Origin: an uncultured Candidatus Saccharibacteria bacterium
GTDB lineage: Bacteria > Patescibacteriota > Doudnabacteria > UBA920
Direction: 5' to 3'
Length of the DNA stretch: 64,000 bases
Assembly: GCA_964474825.1 (NCBI GenBank)
Contig: CAYYWQ010000001.1
Span: 884,152-948,151 of the forward strand
Below are positions 47,521-57,194 of the stretch, one piece after another (within the stretch, counting starts at the first letter, position 1; the number at the start of each line of letters is the position of its first letter). The notes beneath the pieces are model-generated. The model searched no databases. It was not told the DNA's origin and saw only the letters and a program-made list of their open reading frames with translations. Position numbers and translations under genes: made by a program.

Positions 47521-48711
47521 TTATTTCTTTGCTTCTTGCGCTGCATCATCAATAGAGTTTTGCTCAACAGATCCTTCCGGAGCAACCTCAGCTTCTCCGG
47601 GCTGCTGTTCAGCCGGCGCTTCGTCGCCCTTGTCCAACGTAGCCTCGGCGGAGTCGGAGCCGATTTTTTCCCCGTTAATATCAATCTTCCATCCAGTTAA
47701 ACGCGCGGCTAGGCGGACATTTTGTCCGGCTTTGCCAATTGCCAAGCTAAGCTGGTCTTCCAGTACGCCGACTTTGGCTTCTTTGCTAGCGTCGTCTAAT
47801 TGAACGTTTAAAATTTTGGCTGGCGACAGGGCGTTGGCAATAAATTTTACCTGGTCGTCGCTAAATTCTATAATATCAATTTTTTCGCCCCCAAGTTCCG
47901 CCATAACTGTTTGCACGCGACTGCCTTTTTGTCCTACGCAGCTGCCAATTGGGTCAATGCCGTCTTGGTTGCTAAATACAGCAATCTTGCTGCGGGAGCC
48001 GGCCTCGCGCGCCACGGCCTTAATTTCCACGCTGCCGTTAAAAATTTCGGGCACTTCCAATTCAAATAGTTTGCGAACCATGTCAGGGTGAGAACGTGAC
48101 AAAGTAATTTTAGGGCCCTTAGTCGCAGGCTCAACGTGCAAAATTAAAACTTTTAAGCGCTGACCCATTGTGTAACGTTCCCCGCGGATTTGCTCGGAAG
48201 GAAACAATACACCAGTTGCCTTGCCCATGTCTACCAAAATAGTGTCGCCTTCTATTCGCTGGACAATGCCGTTTTGCAAAGTGCGTTCTTTAGATTTAAA
48301 GTCAGAAAACTGAGCATTACGTTCTGCTTCGCGTAATTTTTGAATAATAACCTGCTTGGCAGTCTGTGCGGCAATACGGCCAAAATTAGTGCCGGTCTTT
48401 GGGGTAATTTCCGTAATTATTTCGTCGCCAACTTTATAGCTTTTTTTAATGTCTTTGGCGTTTTCTAAATCTATTAATTTTTGTGGGTCTTCCGCCGCTT
48501 CTTCCGGAGTGGCTACCACGGTTTTTACGTCAAAAAGCTTTGTACCCATAGTTTCCGGGTCAAACTTTGCCACAATGTTCTGGTTTTTCTGGCCGTAATC
48601 TTTTCTGAAAGCCGCGGCTAAAGACGCTTCTATCATAGAAACTAATTCGTCTCTGCTAATTCCTTTTTCTTCGGCTAACTGCTCTAATGCTTGCTCTAAT
48701 TGTTCGTTCAT
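47521..48711 (-). CDS. nusA: Transcription termination/antitermination factor NusA
   Basis: NusA N-terminal, S1 and two KH domains are present, with an acidic C-terminal tail. Confidence 0.9.
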   Translation of the reverse strand: MNEQLEQALEQLAEEKGISRDELVSMIEASLAAAFRKDYGQKNQNIVAKFDPETMGTKLFDVKTVVATPEEAAEDPQKLIDLENAKDIKKSYKVGDEIITEITPKTGTNFGRIAAQTAKQVIIQKLREAERNAQFSDFKSKERTLQNGIVQRIEGDTILVDMGKATGVLFPSEQIRGERYTMGQRLKVLILHVEPATKGPKITLSRSHPDMVRKLFELEVPEIFNGSVEIKAVAREAGSRSKIAVFSNQDGIDPIGSCVGQKGSRVQTVMAELGGEKIDIIEFSDDQVKFIANALSPAKILNVQLDDASKEAKVGVLEDQLSLAIGKAGQNVRLAARLTGWKIDINGEKIGSDSAEATLDKGDEAPAEQQPGEAEVAPEGSVEQNSIDDAAQEAKK

Positions 48712-48832
48712 ATTTTTAGTGATTAGTGAATAGAGATTAGTGAATAGATTAAAATGAAAACAACTATTCCCTAATACCTAATCGCTATTGCCTAGTAATA
48801 AAAAAGATGAGCCGCGCTCATCCAAATAAATC

Positions 48833-49258
48833 TTAATTCCAATCTTCTACTGCATTCACTATTATTTTAGCAGGTTTAAAGCATTTGTCAATATCGCTAT
48901 ATTCCACAACACAAACGTCTATTTGGGGCTGCAGGCTTTGGTATTTGGAATTATGGAGCAAATACATTTTTACAGCCTTCAAAATTTTAACCTGTTTAAA
49001 AACATTTACCGACTCCTCAGCTGTGCCAAATTTTTCTATTCCCACTGTGCGGGTTTTAACCTCTACAAAAATTATTTTTTGCTTGTTAGCGGCAATAAAA
49101 TCTATTTCGCCAAGTTGTTTGCCTTTTTTGTTATACTCGTTAGCCGCAATAATTTTAAACCCCAAACTTTTATACTCTTCTTGGGCAAACTCTTCACCTA
49201 AGCGTCCAAGGGTTTTAGGTTTTTCAGTAGCTGAAGATTTTTTAAGCCAGTTAAGCAT
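48833..49258 (-). CDS. YraN-family (UPF0102) endonuclease-like protein
   Basis: GEIDFIA ... IFVEVKTR matches the YraN/restriction-endonuclease-like motif. Confidence 0.75.
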   Translation of the reverse strand: MLNWLKKSSATEKPKTLGRLGEEFAQEEYKSLGFKIIAANEYNKKGKQLGEIDFIAANKQKIIFVEVKTRTVGIEKFGTAEESVNVFKQVKILKAVKMYLLHNSKYQSLQPQIDVCVVEYSDIDKCFKPAKIIVNAVEDWN

Positions 49259-49328
49259 ACTGTGAGCTTTTAGGTTTTAGCTTCTAGCTTTAAGGCAAGC
49301 CTAATAACTAATACCTAACAGCTAAAAG

Positions 49329-49727
49329 CTATTTTGGCAGATACTTTAGTTTTACCTGTTCCTTTTCCCAAGTCTGTTTTTGCGGTCCGTAATTTTTGAA
49401 CATTTTTATAACCACCATAACAAACCAAACCAGTGCAATCAAAATTCCTAAAAGAGCCAAAAAATGGCTGCCAAAAAACCTGGCATTTTCATAGCGGCAA
49501 CCAAACCATACTACTTCCCAAATACCCAAAGTTAAAAACAATGTAAAAAAATTCTGGCGATATTGTTTGTCTGCCGGACTTTGAGCAGTAATTGCTGCTA
49601 TTTTAAACAGCACAGCAAAAACTATTGCTACAGCGCCAATAAGTAAAAACAGCTTGTCTGACCGCGAAAGTACGCTATAAACATTAAACAGATATTCAGT
49701 TGTTAGGAGGTTTTTTAAGTTGATCAT
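49329..49727 (-). CDS. Hypothetical membrane protein (4 TM)
   Basis: A hydrophobic 132-aa ORF. Confidence 0.45.
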   Translation of the reverse strand: MINLKNLLTTEYLFNVYSVLSRSDKLFLLIGAVAIVFAVLFKIAAITAQSPADKQYRQNFFTLFLTLGIWEVVWFGCRYENARFFGSHFLALLGILIALVWFVMVVIKMFKNYGPQKQTWEKEQVKLKYLPK

Positions 49728-49736
49728 AATTATTCT

Positions 49737-49839
49737 CTGTCATTCCGAGGGAGTGCATCCGACCGAGGAATCGCTTAAATTTCCAAGGCAAAGGGATCCC
49801 TCCACTCCCTCAGATGCATTCGGTCGGTCGGGATGACAG
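49737..49839. other. Complex structured element in the 5' leader of the membrane-protein gene: a 12-bp outer stem (ctgtcattccga / tcgggatgacag) enclosing segments capable of mutually exclusive or pseudoknotted pairing
   Basis: gagggagtg pairs with cactccctc, and catccgaccga pairs with tcggtcgg. Their order is A-B-A'-B'. A central gggatccc palindrome is also present. Confidence 0.4.
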
Positions 49840-49861
49840 CTATGTTATAAATTAATGTTTG

Positions 49862-50389
49862 TCATTTTTCAAAAAGCATTGCGTAATGGTAACCGTCTGC
49901 CTGGAGTTCTTTTATTTTGCGTAAGCCCGCCTGCATGAGCATAATTTCCAAAGCCTGCTGCTCAATGCGCCGTTCCAGCGGTGGGCCAAACGGCGTTGCG
50001 GCCCGCTTCCATTCTACTGCCATAACCCGCCCGCCTTGTTTTAATATGCGATAGATGTTTTTAATTAATCCTTCCTTATGGTCAATTTCGTGGAGGATGT
50101 TGCCGACAATTACCAAATCGCAAAAATTTTCCGGCAATTCCAGAAGTGGCTTGCTCAGGTCAGCCTTTACTACACGAACGTTTTTGTAGCCAAACTGGTT
50201 TGCAATGGAAATTGTGGCGGCCAATTTGGTTTCCACTACGTCCACCGCGTAAACCGTACCCTGGTTCCCCACCATTTGAGCGGCAGGCAAAACATAAAAC
50301 CCATTACCACAACCCAAATCCGCCACGGTCTGCGCCTGCATAAGCCCGGTTTGGGCAACTACTAATGCTGGGTTAATGAATCTGGACAT
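49862..50389 (-). CDS. Class I SAM-dependent methyltransferase
   Basis: Motif I is VADLGCGNGFY. Confidence 0.7.
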   Translation of the reverse strand: MSRFINPALVVAQTGLMQAQTVADLGCGNGFYVLPAAQMVGNQGTVYAVDVVETKLAATISIANQFGYKNVRVVKADLSKPLLELPENFCDLVIVGNILHEIDHKEGLIKNIYRILKQGGRVMAVEWKRAATPFGPPLERRIEQQALEIMLMQAGLRKIKELQADGYHYAMLFEK

Positions 50390-50401
50390 ATGTAAATGAT
50401 T

Positions 50402-51202
50402 TTATATTTCCTGGTAAACTCTTTCTATTTTTGTAGCTTTTCCTTCAGGCGATGTTTCTATCACGACTCCGTTTATTTGCAACACCCCGTCTTCTTCCAC
50501 CTCGTTTTTAAACTTTTCGTTGGGGTCTAAAAATTTCTTTAAGGCGTTTTCGTATTTTACTCCCAAGACTCCGTCGCGCGCTCCTGTCATGCCTGTGTCG
50601 GAAACATAGGCCGTGCCTTTTTGTAATACGCGATAGTCTGCGGTGGGAACATGGGTGTGGGTTCCAAAAACTCCGGTTACCCGTCCGTCGCAGTAGCGGC
50701 CAAAAGCAATTTTTTCGCTTGTGGCTTCGCTGTGAAAGTCCACTATTATTATATCACCTTTTTGCCCTTGCTCAACTAGGAGCTTATCTATGGCTAAAAA
50801 TGGATTCGCAATAGTGCCGTCGAACTGCTTTTCCATAAACACTGTGGCGTTTAGGTTTATAACTAAATACTGCTGGCCGTTCTTAGCAAACCTGTAGTAA
50901 CCATGCCCGGGAATGCTCTCCCCAAAATTTGCCGGCCTAATTAACTGCGGATATTTTTCAAAACTACCCTTAGCCAATTCCATTTTGTTGAAAATATGGT
51001 TGCCGCTGGTATATGCGTCTATTCCAAGTTCGTCTACCTCGGCCATAGTGGAAGGCGTAACGCCTTTACCATGGGCCATATTTTCTACATTCACAATTAC
51101 AACGTCCGGCTTATATTTTTCTTTCCACTGCGGCAAGACTTCCCGTAAGATCCTGCGTCCGGGCTTTCCTACTACGTCGCCGATGAAAAGAATTTTAGTC
51201 AT
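50402..51202 (-). CDS. ymdB: YmdB-family metallophosphoesterase (2',3'-cyclic-nucleotide phosphodiesterase-like)
   Basis: The N-terminus reads MTKILFIGDVVGKPGRR, with GNH and GTHTHV motifs. It sits immediately downstream of rny, as in Bacillus. Confidence 0.8.
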   Translation of the reverse strand: MTKILFIGDVVGKPGRRILREVLPQWKEKYKPDVVIVNVENMAHGKGVTPSTMAEVDELGIDAYTSGNHIFNKMELAKGSFEKYPQLIRPANFGESIPGHGYYRFAKNGQQYLVINLNATVFMEKQFDGTIANPFLAIDKLLVEQGQKGDIIIVDFHSEATSEKIAFGRYCDGRVTGVFGTHTHVPTADYRVLQKGTAYVSDTGMTGARDGVLGVKYENALKKFLDPNEKFKNEVEEDGVLQINGVVIETSPEGKATKIERVYQEI

Positions 51203-51269
51203 AACAAATAGTTAGTAGCGAATAGTAAGTAGTTAATAGCCCTACCAGCTACAAGCTACCCCCTACCGG
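51203..51269. repeat. Family B TAG/CTAC spacer
   Basis: agttagtagcgaatagtaagtagttaatagc / cctaccagctacaagctaccccctaccggcta. Confidence 0.35.
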
Positions 51270-52811
51270 CTATCGTGCGTATTCCACTACTCTTGTTTCC
51301 CTAATTACGTGAACTTTAATTTCACCCGGAAACTTTAGTTCGGCTTCAAGTTTGTTGGCAATGTCGCGGGCGAGTTTGGCGCATCCGTAGTCGTCTAGTT
51401 TAGCTGGTGTTACAAACACGCGGATTTCACGGCCGCCTTGGATGGCATAAGTTTTTTCTACGCCTTCAAAGCCGTTGGCAATATTTTCTAAATCGCCCAA
51501 GCGTTTTAAATAGTTTTCTAAACTGTCTTTTCTGGCTCCTGGGCGGGCTCCGGAAATGTTGTCGCAAGCATCCACAATTATTGCTTCCACACTTTGCGCG
51601 GCTACTGCTTTACCGGAAACATCTGTGTCGGCGTGGTGACTGCTAATAGCTTCTATTACTCTTGCGTCTAAATTAAACTTCTCCGCAACTTTCTTGCCAA
51701 GTTCAACGTGAGTGCCTTCAAGGTCTTGGTCTAGCGCCTTACCTATGTCGTGCAGTAAACAGCCTTGTTTGGTAATAAGTACATCGGCTCCTAATTCCTC
51801 GGCCATAAGAGCGCCAATTTTGGCCATTTCCACACTGTGGCGCAAAATGTTTTGTCCGTAAGAAGTCCTAAACATTAAGCGGCCAATAAGATGTACTAAT
51901 TTGGGAGGAAAATTGGTAATACCCAATTCGTAAACTGTTTGTTCACCGGCCTGTTTAATTTGTTCGTTAATTTCAGCTTTGCTTTTTTCGTAAGCTTCTT
52001 CAATACGCGCCGGATGAATACGTCCGTCTGCAAGTAATTTTTCCAAAGTAAGTTTGGCAATGTGGCGGCGAATGGAATTAAACCCGCTAATAACCACTGT
52101 GTCCGGACTATCGTCTATCAAAATTTCTACGCCCATCATTTGTTCAAAGGCACGAATGTTGCGGCCTTCTTTACCAATAATGCGGCCTTTCATTTCTTCA
52201 CTTGGAATTTGCACAGTTGTGGTAGTAACTTCCGCGGTTACTTCACTGGCTACCCGTTCAATGGCCTGGGCCACAATATTGCGCGCGTCGCGCTCCGCGG
52301 TTTCATGGGTTTCGTTAACTAACTTCCTCTGAAGGCCAACCATGTCTTCTTTAATAAGCTTTTCAGCGTTATCTAAAAGAACTTTTGCGGCTTCTTCACG
52401 GGTCATGCCGGCAATTTTTTGCAAATTATCCAGTTGTTTTTGCCTTAAAGCAACGACTTCTTCCTGAATTTCCTTAATTTGAGTGGTTTTGGTCTCCACT
52501 TCTTGCTTTTGTTTGTCTAACTGCGAGGACTTTGCTTCCAATTCTTTTTCTTTGCGGTCAATGCGCTCTTCAAAACGCACCATTTGCCCGCGGAATTCCG
52601 ATTCCTGCTTTTTGGCCTGGTCAATAATTTCCAAACTCCTGGATTTGGCGTCCAGCAAAATTTCTTTTTCTTTGTTCTTGGCGTCCTCTAAAACTTTTTC
52701 CGCGCGAGCTTCCGCGCCGGTAACTTTTTTGCTAGCTAAGCTTTGCCTTATGGCGTAGCCAATGCCGCCCCCAACTACTGCTCCCACTACTAAATAAACA
52801 AACGTCAACAT
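51270..52811 (-). CDS. rny: Ribonuclease Y
   Basis: An N-terminal TM segment is followed by a coiled coil, a KH domain (IIGKEGRNIRAFE) and an HD domain (LLHDIGK). Confidence 0.9.
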   Translation of the reverse strand: MLTFVYLVVGAVVGGGIGYAIRQSLASKKVTGAEARAEKVLEDAKNKEKEILLDAKSRSLEIIDQAKKQESEFRGQMVRFEERIDRKEKELEAKSSQLDKQKQEVETKTTQIKEIQEEVVALRQKQLDNLQKIAGMTREEAAKVLLDNAEKLIKEDMVGLQRKLVNETHETAERDARNIVAQAIERVASEVTAEVTTTTVQIPSEEMKGRIIGKEGRNIRAFEQMMGVEILIDDSPDTVVISGFNSIRRHIAKLTLEKLLADGRIHPARIEEAYEKSKAEINEQIKQAGEQTVYELGITNFPPKLVHLIGRLMFRTSYGQNILRHSVEMAKIGALMAEELGADVLITKQGCLLHDIGKALDQDLEGTHVELGKKVAEKFNLDARVIEAISSHHADTDVSGKAVAAQSVEAIIVDACDNISGARPGARKDSLENYLKRLGDLENIANGFEGVEKTYAIQGGREIRVFVTPAKLDDYGCAKLARDIANKLEAELKFPGEIKVHVIRETRVVEYAR

Positions 52812-53026
52812 AAAATTACCTTACAACCGCTAAGTAAGGCAAAGGACAAAAGCAAAAAAGCTAATTTTTCAAAAATTAGCGCGTTATCTTTCTATGTAAT
52901 TCTCCGGTTCCGTAATTAAGCACAAATGTAGAATTGAAAAAAAGACAAAGTTTTGCTAAATGATCCCTTGCTTATCAGACTTTGCGGGATTAATCAATGA
53001 ATTCAGCTCCTATAGACTACCACAGT

Positions 53027-53055
53027 TTGATTTAGTTGTCAAAGACAGGTATAAT
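53027..53055 (+). promoter_or_regulatory. Candidate sigma-70 promoter TTGATT-N17-TATAAT upstream of the small membrane protein/sodA unit
   Basis: Seen directly. It places the TSS about 15 nt before the ATG at 53078 and argues against the TTG-extended ORF starting at 53036. Confidence 0.4.
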
Positions 53056-53077
53056 TTCAACATACCTTAGAAGAAAT

Positions 53078-53344
53078 ATGAAAATAAACAAATATTTAAA
53101 GGGCTACACAATAATTGCTGCTTTTATTACATTGGTGTTATCGACAATCAGTGGGACACGTTTCGATGTTTCTGATAAGATTTCTTACTTTATTTTAGCT
53201 CTATGCTTTCCAGCTGTGGTTTATGGGGCCTACTTAATGTTTAAAAGGGAATTTCAAAATAAAATTGGTTACTGGCTAGCGGCTATCACTTGTTTCTTAG
53301 CTTTATCATTTTTTGTTTATACAACTTTTCTTACCTCAAAATAA
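53078..53344 (+). CDS. Small membrane protein (88 aa, 2-3 TM)
   Basis: MKINKYLKGYTIIAAFITLVL...; the start was trimmed to the ATG downstream of the promoter. Confidence 0.45.
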   Translation: MKINKYLKGYTIIAAFITLVLSTISGTRFDVSDKISYFILALCFPAVVYGAYLMFKREFQNKIGYWLAAITCFLALSFFVYTTFLTSK

Positions 53345-53368
53345 TAAATCAATTAAAAAAGGAGTTTT

Positions 53369-53953
53369 ATGAAACACACTCTCCCAAAATTGCCATACAG
53401 CTACGACGCTCTAGAACCCTATATTGACGCTAAAACAATGGAAATCCACCATACCAAGCACCACCAAGCATACATAGACAAGCTAAACGCGGCTTTGGAA
53501 AAATATCCGGATTTGCAGGGCCGGCCCGTGGAAGAGCTTTTAGCGGACTTTAATAACCTTAAAGTGGAGGATGCAGACAAAATGGCCATAAGAAACCATG
53601 GCGGCGGACACTTAAACCACTCCCTGTTTTGGAAGTATTTAGACCCGAGCAACAAAAAAGACGAACTCCTGGTAAAAGAAATTACCGGAACGTTCGGCTC
53701 TGTAGAAGAATTTAAAAAACAATTTGCAGACAGCGCCACCAAACTCTTTGGCAGCGGCTGGACCTGGCTTGTTAGAAACGGCCAAACTTCCAAACTAGAA
53801 ATTAAAAACTTTGGCATGCAAGACTCCCCTGTAATGACAGGTTTCCAACCAATATTCGGTTTAGACGTTTGGGAACACGCCTATTACATAAAATATCAAA
53901 ACCGCCGCCCAGAATATATAGAAAGCTGGTGGAAAGTTTTGAAATTAATTTAG
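53369..53953 (+). CDS. sodA: Fe/Mn superoxide dismutase
   Basis: PYSYDALEPYIDAKTMEIHHTKHHQAYIDKLN ... DVWEHAYY. Confidence 0.9.
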   Translation: MKHTLPKLPYSYDALEPYIDAKTMEIHHTKHHQAYIDKLNAALEKYPDLQGRPVEELLADFNNLKVEDADKMAIRNHGGGHLNHSLFWKYLDPSNKKDELLVKEITGTFGSVEEFKKQFADSATKLFGSGWTWLVRNGQTSKLEIKNFGMQDSPVMTGFQPIFGLDVWEHAYYIKYQNRRPEYIESWWKVLKLI

Positions 53954-53968
53954 ACTTATTTTTCAACA

Positions 53969-54226
53969 ATGAATATGAATATCTCACCGGAGATTCCTAA
54001 CAGGCAAGCTATCATAGAGGAGGCAATTAGTTTTATTAATAGCCTAGGGACAAATCTTGAAGTTCAACAGGTTGTGAAAGATTTAAAACAAGGCAACCTA
54101 AATAGCGCCAAAGATTGGTTTAACCGAGCTTATGCAATAGCAGTGGAGAACACACCGGAAGCTTCATTAGCCAAGCCTGAAGTAAAAAAAGGCTATGAAA
54201 TTTATAAACTCTTGCAAAAAATATAA
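53969..54226 (+). CDS. Hypothetical small protein (85 aa)
   Basis: An ORF with coding texture and a terminator directly after it. Confidence 0.4.
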   Translation: MNMNISPEIPNRQAIIEEAISFINSLGTNLEVQQVVKDLKQGNLNSAKDWFNRAYAIAVENTPEASLAKPEVKKGYEIYKLLQKI

Positions 54227-54227
54227 T

Positions 54228-54256
54228 AAAAACCTCCCATTAAGGGAGGTTTTTAT
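54228..54256. terminator. Bidirectional terminator aaaaacctccc-attaa-gggaggttttt
   Basis: It lies between convergent genes (53969..54226 + and rplS -). Confidence 0.75.
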
Positions 54257-54264
54257 AAAATAGA

Positions 54265-54630
54265 TTATTTACTGTCGCTTTTCTTTACCAACTTTTCTTT
54301 TCTGGTTCTGGCCATGTTGTCGAGTCTGCCTCGGACATAGTAGAGTTTGGCTTTTCTGGTAATTGGCGCTTTAGTTACTTCCAGTTTAACAATGTTTGGA
54401 GAATGAATTGGGAAAATTCTTTCTACGCCAACGCCGTAAGAAATTTTGCGGACCATAAAGGTTCCGTTTACGCCGGTTCCGCCTTTGCGGGCAATAACCA
54501 AGCCTTCAAAAATTTGTACGCGCTCTTTGCTGCCTTCTTTAATACGAAGGTGAACCTTAACTGTGTAGCCGGGCTTGAATTCCGGCAAGGTTTTTAGCTG
54601 AGCGTCAGTAATGTGTTTAACTATGGGCAT
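54265..54630 (-). CDS. rplS: 50S ribosomal protein L19
   Basis: [33 protein letters not shown]. Confidence 0.9.
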   Translation of the reverse strand: MPIVKHITDAQLKTLPEFKPGYTVKVHLRIKEGSKERVQIFEGLVIARKGGTGVNGTFMVRKISYGVGVERIFPIHSPNIVKLEVTKAPITRKAKLYYVRGRLDNMARTRKEKLVKKSDSK

Positions 54631-54642
54631 TTTATTCTAAAA

Positions 54643-55656
54643 TTATAATTGATTAACAGTCTTTGAGCCTAAACTTTTTAAAACTTCCTTTAAATCCTGG
54701 GCTAATTCGCTTTCCGCTTCTATCCAAGTCTTGCTTGGCAACTGGACTTCTATCTTTTTAGCGTGTAGGAATTGCCTATGCAGGCCTTTAAGCTGGCTTT
54801 TCTTGCCTCCGTAGAGCTCGTCTCCCATAAGCGGATGCCCTATGCTGCTTAAATGAACACGGATTTGATGTGTTCGACCTGTATGCAATTTTACCTTAAT
54901 TAGGGTGTGTTCGTCAAGTCCTGTATCTCTGTCTTGCTGATTAGCCGATTCGCTGATTAGCCGATTCGCTGCCCCCAAGTACTCCATAACCGTATATTCC
55001 GTAAGCGCGTCTTTGGCTTCAATAACATTTTTAGTGTCCTGCTTTCTAAAATCCTTTTTGCTTTTGCCAATGGGGGTATTAATTATACCGTGAGGTTTTT
55101 CCATTCTCCCCTTTACCAAAGCAATGTATTCCTTTTTAATTTTTCTTTCGGAAAAAGCGTCTTTTAAATGTTGGTACATTTCCTGTGTGGTTGCCACCAA
55201 AATAACCCCGCTAGTGTCTTTGTCTAAGCGGTGCACAATTCCCGGCCTGTGTTCTTCCCCAACTAAATGAATATTTTTAAATTGATACAACAAAGCACTA
55301 GCCAAAGTCTCGCCTTTAAACCCGGCTCCCGGGTGCACAGTGAGGCCAGCGGGTTTGTCGATAATTAAAAGCCCTTGGTCGTTATATAAAATTTTTAAAG
55401 GCGTATTAGTAGCCTGTATGCTTTCGTCTTTTTTTGCAGATTGTTTATAAACTACCTTGTCGTCTTTGCGAACTACAAATTTACTCTCAGTAACAACCTG
55501 CCCATTAACCTCAACCTGCCCGCCTTCAATGTCGCGCTGAATTTGGCTGCGCGACAAATCAGAACTCTGTCCCACAATAAACTTGTCGAGCCTGGTCTTT
55601 AATTCTTCAACTGTAAAATTATGTTCGGGCATAAAAATATATCCAATAGAGGACAT
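54643..55656 (-). CDS. rluD: RluA-family 23S rRNA pseudouridine synthase (RluD-like) with N-terminal S4 domain
   Basis: The catalytic motif is HRLDKDTSGVILVA, with C-terminal TGRTHQIRVH. Confidence 0.85.
   Translation of the reverse strand: MSSIGYIFMPEHNFTVEELKTRLDKFIVGQSSDLSRSQIQRDIEGGQVEVNGQVVTESKFVVRKDDKVVYKQSAKKDESIQATNTPLKILYNDQGLLIIDKPAGLTVHPGAGFKGETLASALLYQFKNIHLVGEEHRPGIVHRLDKDTSGVILVATTQEMYQHLKDAFSERKIKKEYIALVKGRMEKPHGIINTPIGKSKKDFRKQDTKNVIEAKDALTEYTVMEYLGAANRLISESANQQDRDTGLDEHTLIKVKLHTGRTHQIRVHLSSIGHPLMGDELYGGKKSQLKGLHRQFLHAKKIEVQLPSKTWIEAESELAQDLKEVLKSLGSKTVNQL
54939..54970. repeat. Perfect 16-nt tandem duplication (ctgattagccgattcg x2) inside the rluD-like CDS
   Basis: Seen directly. 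It encodes ...ANRLISESANQ... in an insert just before the conserved TGRTHQIRVH block. Confidence 0.6.
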
Positions 55657-55981
55657 TTAGAATAAACACGGACCAAAGAATAATCAAAAGTGTTTTGTGA
55701 ACTCTTTTAGGATTAAGTTTTAACCCAAAAAATTTTTTAAAATAAAAAGTAAAGAAAGTCTGAAAATCTAAATTTGGGTCTAATTTTTTTCGGAAGTAGC
55801 ATTCCCATTTAGCTAAAAAGCAAAAATCTGAAAAAGTATTTGAAATGAGGGCAATTAATAGAACAACTAAATAATAAGGATACAATATCTTAAATTGCCA
55901 AGAAAAAACTAAGAAAAACCCAACCAACACATGAAACCAAAAAATTATCTCTGCTAAAATTCTGTATATAATGCGTTTCAT
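55619..55981 (-). CDS. Hypothetical membrane protein (120 aa)
   Basis: Three predicted TM helices. It overlaps the rluD start by about 38 nt. Confidence 0.4.
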   Translation of the reverse strand: MKRIIYRILAEIIFWFHVLVGFFLVFSWQFKILYPYYLVVLLIALISNTFSDFCFLAKWECYFRKKLDPNLDFQTFFTFYFKKFFGLKLNPKRVHKTLLIILWSVFILNVLYWIYFYART

Positions 55982-55989
55982 ACAAATAA

Positions 55990-56718
55990 CTAGACAAATA
56001 AGTCTGGCCGGCGCTTCTTTGTTCTCTTTATAGCTTCACTTTGGCGCCAGTCGTTAATGTTTTTGTGGTGGCCTGTAAGCAAAACTTTAGGGACGGAAAA
56101 CTTTTTTTTGCCAAGTTTCCAGACTTCTGGTTTTGTATACTGCGGGTACTCAAGTAAACTTTCGGAAAAAGATTCTTTGTCTGTAGATTCCAGCTTGCCC
56201 AAAATTCCGGGACGAAGACGCATAACAGCTTCGCTAATAACTAACGCGGGTAGTTCCCCGCCCATAAGCACGTAATCGCCTATTGAAAGTTCCTCGTCTG
56301 CAAACTGCCTTATGCGTTCGTCAAAACCTTCATACCTGCCGCAAACAAAAACCAATTCATTATATTTCGCAAGCCGGGCCGCGTCGGTTTGGTGGAATTT
56401 CTTACCTTGGGGCGTCAACAAAATAACCCGTTGTTTCATCCTTTTCTCTTTTCTCTTTTCTCTAGTCGCTTGTTTTATTGCGTTATAAATAACATCCGCG
56501 CGAAGTACCATCCCTACCCCTCCGCCATACGGCCTGTCGTCTACAATCTGCCGTTCTTCTAGCCCAAACTTTCGTAAATTAACTGCTTTAACTTCTAAAA
56601 GCTTAAGCTTGATTGCTCTTTTTATAATGCCAAAATTTTCCACAAAATCTTCTACGAATTTGGGGAACAAAGTAACAATACTGATTTTTAAAACCTTGGA
56701 TTTTTTCATTACGTTCAT
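55990..56718 (-). CDS. trmD: tRNA (guanine37-N1)-methyltransferase
   Basis: LFPKFVEDF...DDRPYGGGVGMVLRADV...; a basic Lys/Arg-rich insert is present. Confidence 0.9.
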   Translation of the reverse strand: MNVMKKSKVLKISIVTLFPKFVEDFVENFGIIKRAIKLKLLEVKAVNLRKFGLEERQIVDDRPYGGGVGMVLRADVIYNAIKQATREKRKEKRMKQRVILLTPQGKKFHQTDAARLAKYNELVFVCGRYEGFDERIRQFADEELSIGDYVLMGGELPALVISEAVMRLRPGILGKLESTDKESFSESLLEYPQYTKPEVWKLGKKKFSVPKVLLTGHHKNINDWRQSEAIKRTKKRRPDLFV

Positions 56719-56819
56719 TATAACATTAAAACAATAACCCCGAACTCCGGGATTAACCGGAAGTCTCGGGGTTATTCAATTTATCTGCGTAATCTGATTT
56801 TAATCAGCGTATCTGCGGT

Positions 56820-57194
56820 CTAGAGTTTGAATTCGTCAATTGAATTCGTGTCGTCCTGCATAGGAGCGCTATGGCCCATTGGGTTTCCACCCATATTGCC
56901 GCCGCCCATTTGACCCATGCCGCCTTCGCGACGAGGACCCCTGTGAGAACCTTCCGGTTCATAAATCTTCAAGTTGACGCGAGCTTTGTGCTTGGCGCCG
57001 ACTACGCGCAAAAGTGTGCGCAGCGCTTTGGCGGTCTGGCCCATGCGGCCAATAACCTGCCCCATGTCTTCAGCGTGCAAATGCAGAGTAATTAAAACTC
57101 CCATTTCATCAACCACGCGCTCGGTTTTTACATCATCCGGATGATCAACCAAAGCCTTAACAACGAACTCTACAAACTGTTGGTCTTGTTCCAT
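56820..57194 (-). CDS. KH-domain RNA-binding protein (UPF0109/YlqC-like) with Gly/Met-rich tail
   Basis: GQVIGRMGQTAKALRTLL. Context: the rpsP-KH-trmD arrangement. Confidence 0.75.
   Translation of the reverse strand: MEQDQQFVEFVVKALVDHPDDVKTERVVDEMGVLITLHLHAEDMGQVIGRMGQTAKALRTLLRVVGAKHKARVNLKIYEPEGSHRGPRREGGMGQMGGGNMGGNPMGHSAPMQDDTNSIDEFKL

Noticed and set aside
53036-53344. TTG-initiated 102-aa version of the small membrane protein
   Set aside because: The extension would begin inside the -35/-10 promoter. The ATG at 53078, downstream of the TATAAT, is the plausible start.
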